From Eutreptiella sp. 'Long Island Sound 2002' (lineage: Eukaryota > Protista > Euglenida), in the NCBI GenBank assembly GCA_964036045.1, contig OZ038378.1, positions 187,860,001 to 187,924,000 on the forward strand: DNA of 64,000 nt, in the 5' to 3' direction. Positions 48,833 to 61,329 of this stretch are shown here, in pieces (position 1 is the first letter of the stretch; each line of letters begins with the position of its first letter). Both the position numbers and the translations under genes were made by a program. The notes beneath the pieces are model-generated. The model ran no database searches and had not been told where the DNA came from. It worked only from the letters and a program-made list of their open reading frames with translations.

Positions 48833-49788
48833 TGCAGTGCGTGCTCCTCTATGGAGGTGTTTCACATGCTGCACTTCTTTCTTTCTATACGGGTGGTGCG
48901 GCAGTGGAACCACATTTCAGCATGGGCAACATGTCCCTTTCCGCGTTGCAGTGCATTTTTATTCATGGTTACAGGACAAACAGCAAGCCGCAGAGTGGGA
49001 ACATGTCAAGGAGGAGTCTTCTTCGGTGGAAATGCACAGGCTCTCGGGGCAGCTGGCAGTGTGTGGTCAGCTCTACCAATTGCCACCGCAGATACAGGTC
49101 GGGTCGTCTGCGGGGGGATGCTCGCCGGCCCCCCTAGCATCACCAATGTGACAAGACAAGCATTCGTTAGAACCCATTGGGAGTCCGGCGTCATCACTGT
49201 ACTCACGTGCAGCCAGAGCGCTGACGCGTAGCTCAGCGTCGTTGGTGTACTCATGTGCGGCCAGGTCCCTCACACGTCGCCGGCGTCTTATGTATGCAGC
49301 AGCGTAGCGCCGTCTATGACGCCCAGCTCAGCGTCCACGGTGTACTCAAGAGTACAGCGGTCCTTAACCCCCACTCTAGCCGTGGCACTCCGCGTCGAAA
49401 CGGCTCTCAGTAGTGGAACATGTAGTTACAAACCCCGCGGAATGGGGATTACCAACACCATCCGAGGAAATCATTCCGACAAAAAGAAGTAAACAAGCCA
49501 GAAGGCTATTTGTCTAATCTGCGGCCCAGTACAGTTTGTTTGTTGCGGCAATCCTGTGTTACCTTGGTTCGCTATAGTTTGACGTGGGGGGTGGACAACG
49601 AATGCCAGGGCCTGCTTTCCATGCTGCTCCCACAGCCTTTCCCACATCCCGAAGCTATGAATCGGTGCGCTAGTGGATGGTCTGCCAGCAAGGCCGGAAT
49701 AACTTGGACTCATAGTTTCGCTGATGACAAGTAGGATGTAGGTAATACTTGGGCGTCACACACACACACACGATTTAAGGGAGGGGAG

Positions 49789-50724
49789 ATGTCGCTGCAA
49801 GAGAAGGGAAGAGTCCTACGGCTGGCGGTCAGTCTGCTGGGGAAGGCGGCGGGCAGGGAGTCCATACTCCCGGCGGGCTTCACCAACAGATGCCGCTCTC
49901 TGGTCCCGCTGGGGGCGGGCACCACGGCGGGGGTAAAAGGCAGGCCTATATTCACACGCCCAGCGGCGGTCTGGCACCACCTGCGCCGTATGCAGCAGTA
50001 CAGCGCGAAGAGATGGGCCCAACAGCAGCAGGCAAAGGTGGCGCGACAGCAGAGCAAACGCCGACGAGCACAGGGCGTGAAGGTGAAGTCGGCACTGGCG
50101 CAGCAGCCCCAGGAAGTGAAGTGCCCGGGCAAGGGAGGAGCGAAGCGCTCGGCGGGGGCGTACGCCAGCGACTTCTACGCGGGCCCGGTGCTCCCACCGG
50201 GGACGAGGCGAGGCCCACAGTACTGTGTCACCGAGGAGCCGGACCTTCCGGCAGGAGCGGCGCGCTGTGGCAGAACGGCGCTTTTCACCCCGCCGCAAAA
50301 GTGCGCGGTGGCGAGACGCCCTGAGCAGGGGCCGCGGCTGCCACGCCTCTGGGTCTGCGTGGCACACCAACACAGACAATGCGCATCCTGTGCAGCTGTG
50401 GGTCGGGGGGTGCGGCACTGCTGCGCCAGGGGACATGCCGGGCATCCGCGACCGACTATGCGGGGCCAACAGCCGGGGACACGAAGAGCGGAGGCCCACC
50501 CCCCAGGGGCGGGGGGCACACCGTCGGCGAAGAGACGCAAACGACAGCGGGGCCTAGACACGGCACCGGGCCGGGTGCGGGCACACAAGCGAGGAAGGGT
50601 GGATGCGACCCCCCCCCCCCCCTGCCAAGAGGAGGCGCTGTACGCCGCCGGGCGCTGCCAAGCACGGGAGAGCAGGGACCGAGGTGACATAACCCCCACG
50701 CCCCAGAGGTTCTGGCTCAGGTGA
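49789..50724 (+). other. 311-aa open frame, Lys/Arg- and Cys-rich, probably a retroelement ORF C-terminal remnant
   Basis: Long GC-rich frame with CxxC-like and KR-rich segments. It resembles 55040-55405 in character. No diagnostic domain was recognised. Confidence 0.3.
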
Positions 50725-53639
50725 GGCCCCCTACCGCGACCCGAGCAGGCACCAGAGGCAGCTCCACAGCCCGTCAGGGCTGTAGTTTTTGTCTTCTTCA
50801 AGCGGGCGCCTCAGGCGACCGCTGGGGGCCCTGGACCCATGCGGGCCTCCCTCTTTAATATTGTTCTACCCCGCGTCACACACACACACACACACACCCA
50901 GCTGGCGCAGCCCCCGCCCCAGCAGACCTACGCGTTGACGGTACAATTCCAGTCGGGTTTCAAGTTAGGACAGACAGTGGATAGTAACCTGTGTTTTGCA
51001 GTACGCACCTGTGTACCTCTTTACTTACCCCTTGCTACGCTACCGAGTCATGTGTGCAACCCTGCTCTGATGGTGTTATCTTAGCGCCCCCATTATGGAT
51101 GGGCGGGCTACAGTTGGAGGGAGTGTTCCCCCTTTTTTACTGCACGTCGGATATCATACAGGTGCAGATGGTACAATGTACGAGCATGCTCTGTGCATGC
51201 ATAATCTATAGACAGACTTCTCTGGTTGTACTCTCTTGAAAGCGTTTTTCGTTTCCACAGGTAACTACACACGACCAGACGCGAGGCCGCTGGCGTTGTT
51301 TGGTTCCCATGCGTCAAGGGTAGAAGACCAGAGCCTAACCCCCTTTTCTTTGCACAGGTCACTCCGTGCCTTCTGTCTTAGCGTAGTGCTTTTGAGTGAG
51401 AGTCTGCTCTGGACAGTACTTCGCAATTGCAGTATTGCACTTCGATAGTTATGACATACTGTAGCTGTGTATTAGGACAAGGGGTGTTCACAGTCATTTT
51501 GAAGCTTTCCAAGATTGGCGTACTTGCCTGGATGCACCCTTGAGGTAATGACAGCGTGCTTGCGTACATTCAGCAATGCTGCGAATGGGGGGGGGGGTTT
51601 ACTAAGAGGGGATTACACTTACTTAGGCTGTGTTTAGGCGATATAGTCCTCTTTCTCTGAGGCCATTATCCCCAGAGGGCTTTACCCCTCTCCTATGTTT
51701 TTAGGTTCTTTTGCCCGATGTCTCATTCGTCTTTGGGACACGGCCTTCCAGCGATGTTTGGCTTGTGCGCCAGACTTCGTTTTCACATTTTTTTGTTTGT
51801 CAGTGAGCTGGGGGTAATGTTGCTGTAAACTGAGACTGCATGTCAGTAACCTGGGGTAATGCCACTGTGAGCTGGGACTGCAAAACACGCAGTGGAAAAA
51901 TTGTTACTCAGCACCCCGGTTGGAAGCGGCATTTCGCCCAGTTTTAATCTGTCCTATACACCTGCAACCTTCGTCTCAAGCGGAGGGTGTCACTGTAGTG
52001 TAGTTATGGAAATTCTGAGTACTCGAGTGCCTCGCATAGTAGTGAGAGTGTACTAGCCTGCTGTGATTTGGCAGGTTTAACACATATGGAAGACTACGGA
52101 GAGCACAGCAGCATGACCATCCGCTTCGGGTGTACCTCTGGGCAGTATTGCCGACAGGGAAGCACGTCACCCCGCATGCGTGCACCTTTAACTGGGGGGA
52201 CGCTTACTGTGCTGTGTAACTATGTTGCCTCACAGGATATGGAATTCCTCAGCACAACGTTTCGAGCATTGCATCACTCCATGCCCATGAGAAGGTGCAA
52301 CGCGTCCCAAGTTGCTGAGATGCAGCTGATGAACGGCGCACCTAACACTGAGGGGTCAGACCGTATCACACTGAGACCTAGTGGATATAGGACTGGTATT
52401 GGGGTATGCTAAACAGCATTGCACGTGTTTTTCAGACAGTTGACGCTGGCTGAAAAGCCTGAGGATTGTTGGAGTCGAAGCGACAGTCCACACACGGACA
52501 CAGGCTGGCTTTTTAGTACATCCTGTGCAGGAGGGGCCCATTGAGATGCCCAGTCAAAACCAGCTATGTATCGGAGCTGTCCTGTGTACTGAAACCGACT
52601 CGCTGGTGAATGCTCCTGGTTGGGCTACACTAGGTTACACTTGGAGTGCTGCAATCCAGGGAGCTATGGCAACAACATATTTGCTGCGACAGGGTGCTGC
52701 AGACACCTGTTTGCACGAGGAATGCAGTCCTCCTGAGTTAGAGAAAACCGCAGATGGTTAGTCAATTGTTCTTTTTTCTTTTTTGCAAGGTCCCACTGAT
52801 TGGATTTGCTCCTGATGTATCGCTAGTAATAGGCCTGCGTCAAGCGTTGAGGAATGACAGAGAAATGCCTCAGGTGCAATCTTTTTATGTCCCTACATAA
52901 GCATCTACCAGGACGATTCAGAGACATGTCTCTGGAGTTGCACCCTGCGGCCTAAGGGCCCTTGCTTCTGTCTTAAGGCATGCACCCTCTTGCTCAGTAG
53001 TTTTGTCAAAGGACGTCAGACAGCTATCCCTGTACAGTACATTTGAAGTTCAGTCAGAGGCGCACACAGAACATATGAGTGAGGTTTACTCTGTTTTCCA
53101 CTTCCCCTCTCTGTTCAGGTTAAACAGTGTGTTTGACACAGTCAGTCATCAGACTCAGAACTGTACACCTCAACCTCCAGCAATGCTGAGGTTTACTTAC
53201 CACTTCCCAAGTTAAATGTTCACCTCTGGGATGATACAAGCAAGACGTGATTTGTCTTGCGTGGTATCAAGCAAGGTATACCTCTCCCAAGCCGTACTAA
53301 GAGGGTCAGCCACTGACAGCCGCAACCACTACAAGTCCCCCTGCAGCAGCTGGTTCGTCAAGCGGTAGTACCGGACTGCCCTGGAGGGCCTGAAGTCACT
53401 GGTATGGACAGCTAGAGCCTTTATGCCAGCCATTGGCAGGACCCCTAGCACAGTGCAAAAAAAGCCATTGGCAGGCGAGTGCAACCAGCAGCCCGCCACG
53501 GCCGCCATCTGGTTGTATGAAGGCTGAGGTAGGTAGGTAGGTGCACTTGGTCGTGGAGAGGCGCCCCATGGTTCCCCCTGGCGTCGCCCCTGTGACGAAC
53601 AGGAAGAGGCTCCGCGCATGAAGAGGGGAGGCGGCTTAC

Positions 53640-54546
53640 ATACCGCTAGACCTGACTGTTGGCCCCCAACAAAGCGGCCCCGGGCAACACCGGGAGGGCT
53701 GATCGCCGCCGGCGTGACGTGCTTGTCTCGCCGGGAGGGTGTGCCCCCGTGCTTGCGCACGTCCCCTCCTTTGGGCGGAACCCTAGAGGTTCACCGGACT
53801 TCCTGGCGTATCCCGTTCCCAAGGCATGCATGCACGTTCTTGGTACTAGGGTTCCGAGGCGCTCGGGTGTCGCACGCTCCGCCTCGAGTCCCAAAGCAGC
53901 GCAGGCCTTAGGATGCAGCCTTACCCCCGGGCTCCGGATCTCGTTTGGCCGGGTCAGCTGCATGGCACGGGCTGCCTCAGTGCCCGGGCTTTGGACACTG
54001 GGTTTCCTACTGTTGGGTGGTGCTTGTGTTTGGGTCCGGGTTGCGGTTGGGTGTGGGTTTCGGTAACCCCGCCAGTCCTGGCTGGGGTCTTGGGCGGGTG
54101 TGTTTGGGTACGGTTTGTGGTGTCGTCCCTCTTTTGCGGGCTGGGGTTTGTGGTGTTCGTGGTTGGGCTTGGGTTTCGGCCTGCACCCCACCTTTCGTGG
54201 TTGGGGATATGGGACGCGCGTGGTTGCGTGCGCGCTCCGCCTGCACCCCGCCGTTTCCGGTTCCGGTGTGCGGTGTGGGCGTGCGTGCTGGGGTCTGGGT
54301 TTCGGCTGCGCCCCGCCACTCCTTGGGGGGGTGTTGGGGTGTGTGTGTGCTCGTGCGCCCGTCCCGCGTGGTCTCCCCGGCCTCGAATCCGACCACACGG
54401 CGTGGCGGCCGCAAGTGCAGACATTAACTCGCAAGTATTGAGGGGCAAACGCAACATTGGGTTGAACACCGAGAAAGCGCCCGAAAAGAATGGCGTTGGC
54501 GCCAACACTTAACAAGCACCATGACCGCTAACACGTTGGGGGCATT
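53640..54546. repeat. GC/GT-rich interspersed element ending in the 172-bp segment shared with 45954-46125
   Basis: Near-identity of 54375-54546 with 45954-46125. The upstream part is GT-rich, with open frames on both strands and no domain motif. Confidence 0.6.
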
Positions 54547-55536
54547 GGCTGAGGAAGCTGGCCTGCCCCGAGGACCCAGCCCCCCCCCCCCCCCCTGGAG
54601 GGCCATGACAGTGCCGCCAGCACCACCAGCTGTGAAAGCCCCAATACGCACACAACACACGGGGCAACATGGCGATGACGGGCTCGCTGAATTAATACCG
54701 TGGAGCTGGCCCGGCGGAAGCCATGGAGCTACCACCCCACTTCTAGGGTGGTCCTGGGGCAGCGAGCCAGGTTCTGGTCTAAGTGCATATCGCATTGGTC
54801 GAGGGGCAATACAGGGATGCACCCCTGGCCTGCACTGTGGGCCTGCTATAATGGGGAGCGACCCGACCCGAGGACGCCAGTGTGGCCATACAGGCTCAAC
54901 CGGGAGACCTGGTAAAAATGGTTAAACCCCCTCCACACGCACACACACACACACACACACAGCTGAAGCATGCTGTGCGCTGGGACATCACGCTGATGAC
55001 CACATAGCACGCAGACCGCAACTGCAACTGTGCCCACTGCATGGCCTGCCACCGTGCCCGAGGTGCACACTCAAGCAAAGGGGAGTGCGCCACTGCTGTC
55101 AGCGGGGACACCATAAAGTGTGCACCCCAGTGCCTGCGCGCCGGAAGCGCCCACTTGCTGCACATGCACAACTGCCCAACAAGCGACCACGCCTGCAAGG
55201 GCCTGCACGTATCTCTACGGGTCTGCTGAGGTCCCCACACCAACCCCCCACCCCTCCAGCCCCCAAACGCAGGAGGCCGAAAACACCCCCCCCTCCGTCC
55301 CCACCAGCCCCAGTTCCACGGGGGCTGGAGGAGACCGTGGCCGAGGATGTCGCCCGCCCGCTTTTCGTGACGAGGCACGGGAGAGCAAACACTCTGGATA
55401 CCTAGCCAGCAAAATACAGAGGTTCTGATTCCGCAGAAGGGAGGGAAACAACGTCACAAAGAGGCCTCAGCAGACCTGAGCCGAATGAGGCGTCCAGCCC
55501 AACGCTGCACAAGGATCCACCTCTAAAAGTACAGAT

Positions 55537-55568
<32 letters not shown>

Positions 55569-55649
55569 CTCTCTCTCTCTTTCTTGCTGCCTCCCCCCCC
55601 TCCCCTCCCCTCCATCTGCATCTTCTCTGCCGTATGTCAATTTTTTTCA

Positions 55650-56031
55650 TCACGCTGCTGGCACTGCAGTCGTCGGCAATTTTGACTGTCCAAGTCTCTG
55701 GCCGCATTCGAATCCATTCTTCCGTGTTCTATTCTTCCATGAGAACCGGAACAATGTTGTTTCTACGACCCGGGCGTTGTTGTTGGCTTTGCACTCGTCG
55801 CCATTGGCATCTGCAGGCTGTTGACGCCACCTCTCGGTGCCATGCACCTGGGGGTCATGGCAGACGGAGACATGAGGTCTCAAGATGGAATTGCATCGCG
55901 CTCAGACGATGCCTGCAGAGACGCGGTGCGCATAATGGCCGGGGCAAAGAATAGATCTCAAATGCGTACTGGTCTTGTTCCATAAAGTTGGGTCCTACAA
56001 CGGTTGGTGATGGGGATGCATCTGTGTCCAT
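55650..56031 (-). CDS. Possible small host gene (5' exon MDTDASPSPTVVGPNFMEQDQYAFEIY...)
   Basis: Minus strand has a strong pyrimidine tract TTTGTTTCAATTTTGTCCTGCACTCGCAG|CAGC-ATG at 56031. A second open segment follows a CCCCAG. No domain was recognised and the splice path is uncertain. Confidence 0.35.
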
Positions 56032-57384
56032 GCTGCTGCGAGTGCAGGACAAAATTGAAACAAATGATTTTAGCTATTAAAGGCCCGACCCCGTGATCTG
56101 AAGCCCCGGCGAGCTCAGATGTGTGAGTCACAGAGAGCTGAGACCATTTTGGATCGGACAGAATGGGAGGAGATTGTACTTCTTAAGTAAGTCAGTCTTT
56201 GTACCCTGCTTTTCAGAAGGTGGACAATTTGACAGTCACCGAAAATTTGATATTTTGTTTATTTTATTTTTGCACCTACATGGCTGATATTGGCAAGGAT
56301 TGGTGGGGCAAAGCGGGGGAAAAGGTGGGTGGCACGGAAAAGGGGTTATGACAGAACCCACATAACAGCACGTCTCTGTGTGTCAGCCTCCGGCTACGGG
56401 CCAGAGTGTGGCACCCACTCTGCTCTGGACTGGTCAAACGGTCCCGGACAGGCTGTTTGGCAGGCAAGCCTGTCCAGTGATCATCAGACCTGAACAAGGC
56501 AGCCCACCACCCCAACGGACACCCCAACACCCAAACAAGATGGAACAGTAACAATCTTCATGGAGTGGGTTGAACAGGTACGTACGTACCGGGGTAATGG
56601 TACCTGAGGCCTTGGACAAACACCCGAGGGGCGGGCTGCTACATCCGTTTGTGCTCGGACGCAAAAATGGATTCGTAGTACGTGGCGGCGAGAGAGAGGC
56701 CTGTGTCCCAAATTTCACGAAAGTGGCAAGGGACCAGCAGCTACTGTTGGCCACATGGGGTGTGACCATCGATGGCAAACCATCAATGCTTTGCCTCTGG
56801 CCTGTGGTGTTACCACCGACCGTCCTCAGTATCGCTATCAACCATCGTCTTTCAACCGCGTGCCTTCGCTCCAGGCTACCACGACCCCTGACAACAGAGA
56901 AGGGTGCACATTCTCCTCTGTGCTACAGGGCCTGTGCACCGGGTTTCAGACCATATCTGCACATTATTATGGAACATTATTATGGAGGCCAATCCCAAGT
57001 CATCCCTTCTGGTCTTTCCCATGGGCCTCTGCATTCCGCAGGTCCTGATAATCCATGCACATTGCCTTCGGAGGGTGCCGAAGGAGGCAAGCGGGACCGG
57101 ATAATTTGGGGTCCTGGTATGGCCCGATTTGCATTGGGGGGCGGCATTGGGCTGGGCGCAATCAGTAATTTGGATGCCACTTGCAGCGGGGAACTATGTG
57201 GACCTAAGCAAACTACACCCTCATCACACCTTTTCCTCAAGTGGGGTCCCCCTCAGTAAGGAGAGCTGACCTTAGGTCTTGCCTTTCACCATGGAAAAGT
57301 AGGGCGCAATTTTTCCCATCACTTTTCAAGGATTGTGGCGGCATTTTCCCGCACGAATTTTTTCCGGACAAACATTTTCCTGTA

Positions 57385-57915
57385 CCCCCCCCCCCCCCTC
57401 CTTGCGCAAGCACGGCCTTGTCTAAGCACGAAGACCCCGTGTGACCGTTGTTTTGATGGGTTTTTCTGACCACGATCTCTATGGTCAGAAATTTATTGTT
57501 TCGTGATTGTGCGCTGATTGTACAGGGAAAGAAGGGCTGGGTCATGTTTGTGATGGTTCCTCTTGCTCACAACAACATTCTGATTGGTACTGCAACCCAA
57601 TGGTACCTGTTTTGCTGTGGTTTTTAGCCATGAAAAATGTTGCTATCGCTGGCTTGGGTGTCACATACATCCGATCCACTGGTGAGCATGCACCTGCCAC
57701 CATCGTTGGTCCTTCTACGCGGTTGGAAAGGGTTTCTATTCCGTACCCGTTGATGGGCAGTAAGGACATGAGGACCATGCTGAATTTTGCCTACACGTTG
57801 TGTTGTAGTGCCATGTTTGTGAGTGATGTGCTTGGTGTGGGGTACCCGCAGGTTTTCTGTGTGCATTGTCTCTTTGCGTTGCGCGTCGCGCGCAAGCACG
57901 GGCTTGTCTAAGCAT
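57385..57915. mobile_element. Inverse homologue of the 37102-37682 MITE
   Basis: TA|C(n)..CTTGCGCAAGCACGGCCTTGTCTAAGCAC at the start. The internal GGTGAGCATGCACC..GTCACATACATCCGATCCACTGG matches the reverse complement of about 37375-37420. Confidence 0.7.
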
Positions 57916-58750
57916 GCCTGTGTGCGTCGCCGCCATCAACTGAAATCGGCAGTGGACACCATGTACATAAGGAGGGATAGGGTACTCCTCCATGAGTACA
58001 GTCAGCACGCTAATGAATGGTGTGTATGGACGGCGATATACTAAAGAGTTGTTTTTTAATTTTAGGTACAGGGGGGGGGATTTAGTACCCCCCCCCTTTG
58101 CGCAAGCACGGCCAAGGTCAGAAAAACAACGGTCACACGGGGCAAAGCACGGGCCAGGTCCCCTGGCGTGATCATGCCCAGACAAGACCATGTTTGTACG
58201 CAGCCTGGCGTGGGACATGGCACAGCGAACACACAACCCTATGGTTTGCGTGGCTGCACATGCTGCACTACCATGCATCGGGTTCGAAAGTATGCCCTGA
58301 CCGCATGGTAATGGACGTTTTCATATGCAGAGAGTATTTCAGACAACACTGCTGACGTTGGCATCTCCCAACCGCCTCGCATGCCCACCCCTGGGCTTGT
58401 ACATAGGCCGGACTAAAAAGCATTATATGTTACTTCGTGTATGAGTTTTCGTTGGCTTCTGGCAGGGCACTGACGAGTCTGGACCGAATATTACAAGCAT
58501 TTTGTCTGAGCTTGCCTTAAACCTGTCAACACCAACCTCCCGGGCCAAAATGGCTGTGCAGCATGCGTGTTAGGCAATGCCCACACGACCCCTCTGTTCC
58601 CATACGTAACCCCCCCCAACCCCATCCCCTGGCTTTGGCGACACTCAGCCGCCCAACATAGCTGGGCTTGGGGCTAACATGACCATTGGTGTCAAAGACG
58701 CTGTAAGGAAATTTTTTGTCCACACAGGCCGACCACAAACTGTCAATGGC

Positions 58751-58776
58751 ACTTTGTGTGTGTCTATTTTTTTTTC
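58751..58776 (+). other. Degenerate euglenid spliced-leader-like sequence
   Basis: ACTTTGTGTGTGTCTATTTTTTTTTC versus the recalled euglenid SL ACTTTCTGAGTGTCTATTTTTTTTCG: two substitutions and one extra T, without the terminal G or a GT donor. Confidence 0.45.
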
Positions 58777-59514
58777 TTGGTGCCATAATTGACTGACCTC
58801 ACTGGGGCGTGCTGCAGGCCTCGTTAGAAGTTGGTTCTATATAATCAATCAGTGTCAGGTGTGTCTCCAAGCCAGGTACCCCCCCCCCCCCATGTCCATC
58901 TGCTGAAGAACAATGGCTGGAAGTGTCTATGGCGGGGACATCCAGCTCAGCCTACCGACCAATTGAAGCCCCATGTCCATCCCCCCCCCGTGTCCATCCC
59001 CCCCCCCCCCCAGGGGGAACCGTCACTTGGCCCATGAACAATAAGAAATCAATAGGAAATCACAGGCGCCGAAGGCGCCGAAGAAAATTTTTAGTTGGGT
59101 TATACTAGAATTGGCTGGTCGGGAGTGGTGTACGGTTCCCCCCCCCCAGGGGGGGAACCGTCACTTGGTGACGGTTCCCCCCGGGGTGGGGGGGAACCGT
59201 GTACCCTGGGGGGGGGCTGGACATGGGGGGGGCGGGGTATGAGCAACATGCTCTGACTGGAATGTATCAGAGCTTTTACTGAAGTCTCCTGCACCACTGT
59301 ACCCTGTGCCCGCGGTGGACACACTGGGGGGCTGGGCTGAGCAGCTACAAACAGCGATGCCACAAACACTACGAGGCTGCCTGCAGCACCACCCACCGAT
59401 TGTACACACAAGCGAAACACACTGTACTGCATGCGCACCACACCTCTGTCGAAGACATGCCGTTCAGCCACACTGTCTGCACGCGATGAATCGTGTGACT
59501 CATGTGCAGAACAT

Positions 59515-59855
59515 GGACCTGTGCCTGCAGGTTCCTCTGGTGCATGGTAGTGCAGTGGGTACTGCCACGCCGAGGCAACCCAAGATTTATCTGTTGCATA
59601 TATAGTCGAGAAAACTAGATATCACAGTTGTAGTGGAAATGTTACGTCAGATCTAGCGCAAACGGATTCGCAAAGTCGACTGCACTGCCTGCAGCACTGG
59701 TGTGGAGACCGGGCAGTCAGCCCGAGTGCCCGAGTGAAAGTAAGAACTTCAATGCATACCTGTTGAATCCATGAACCCCCGAACTTTTGGGTTGCTTCGG
59801 CGTGGCAGTACCCACTGCACTACCATGCATTAGTATTCTCTGCAGGCACAGATCC
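59515..59855. repeat. Inverted repeat pair (59515-59583 and 59787-59855)
   Basis: The 43-bp core TGCATGGTAGTGCAGTGGGTACTGCCACGCCGAGGCAACCCAA matches its inverse with one mismatch. The spacer is about 200 bp. Confidence 0.9.
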
Positions 59856-60942
59856 AGGTTTGCCTTTTGGCCACACGATGAATCGGGTGACTGTACTGCG
59901 CCCTGCAGCACCGATGCAGAGACCGGGTTGTGAACCCGAGAGCCTTATCGCTACTCAGCGCAGGCCTGTTGCAAAAAAAAAAAAGCAGTCAGCCCGAGTG
60001 CCTTACTGCTACTCAGCACAGGCCCGATGTTTAAAAACAGACACGAAAGTTAATGTTGTGCAAATTACCCCACAGCTAATTACCCTTACCCTGCAGCGCC
60101 TACGGCGCGCAGGAAGCATTCCCTTTCCTGAAGTCTCCTGCACCACTGTACCCTGTGTACTACAATACCCCAAGGTCACCATAAAGTGTCTTCTACACAG
60201 TATTGGTATCAGCAGACTATTCCGCACCCGCACAAGTGTATGCTCTGAACCTTGTTCCTGATGTTCTCATGATTCATGCTGTTACTGCTGTGTGGCCTGG
60301 CAGTATTGACTGCACTACTTTGTTGATGGATCACAGGAACAGCATGACAGCATCAGGTAAGGGACTATGTACTTATTTGTCCTATAAACATTTCTTTCGT
60401 TGCATTGTTCTGACAGCATACATCCTTGTTACCAGTACCAGCAACCCTCATTGTTGGTGATTCTTGGCCGCAGCCTACTCTTGGGGCTCCCCACTCGCCA
60501 CAAAGCTTAATGGTTGGGGGATAATAGCTTGAAAAGGACTCAGATAAATGGTGTCCAAGGTGATGCTTTTGGTTGGGTTGCACTGTGCATTGATTTCCAA
60601 CTTTAGCACATCTTATGCAATTGCTATAGAGGGTGCCAGCTTCGCAGTGCACACAGGGCACCAGGGCATGTGCGTTTGGCTGCGTACATGGGCCCCAGTG
60701 CACATGTGCCGCTGCAAGTCACCATGTCACTCCTTTTTAAGTCCTTGGGCTATGATCTTATGCATGGCATAAAACCCAGGATACTTGATTGATGCAGTGT
60801 GCACAGTGCGCGGGCGGCACCCTCATAGCCTGCAGCCCATTGACACTTTGGGTGCTTACGACACATGTCACCAACCAAGCGCTACTCTGTGGTGATATAA
60901 AGCATTCCACGTAAAAAGACGTGTCGCTGGTGCACTCTAAGT

Positions 60943-61200
60943 ATGCCCACAGCGCTCAAGAAGTTTTGGGGCGTGGGCAGACTAGGTGGCTATGGTGTTT
61001 ACAGTGACCAGGGAATCTCTCTCTCCTCTCATATGCCAATTGGCATGAAACAAACGAACAATGCAGCGGAGCTGATGGCGGCGCTCTGTGCCCTCCAGAC
61101 TCACCCAGTGGGGACAATCGCTATCTGCTCCGATCCGCAGTACGTTTTGCTTGGTGTTGGAGGGGCAGCGAGACGCTGGAAAATCAAAGGGTGGGCAGGG
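60943..61200 (+). pseudogene. RNase H1-like domain fragment (5' truncated)
   Basis: GGYGVY...KQTNNAAELMAALCALQ...IAICSDPQYVLLG...RRWKIKGW. Confidence 0.8.
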
Positions 61201-61329
61201 TCGCCGACGGGCTTGGCAGTCTCCCGCATAATGTTGTTTCAGACTCAACTAATCCCCACTGGGTGTCAGATCTGCTACCATAGTGATTTGTGGGATCATT
61301 GTAGCACCGGACAGCTCTGAACCTTGATT

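Noticed and set aside
49006-49400. Tyrosine recombinase remnant on the minus strand
   Set aside because: No R...H-x-x-R...Y catalytic pattern could be identified.
53646-54515. Several long overlapping ORFs on both strands
   Set aside because: A GC/GT-rich repeat element that is stop-poor in all frames, with no coherent domain.
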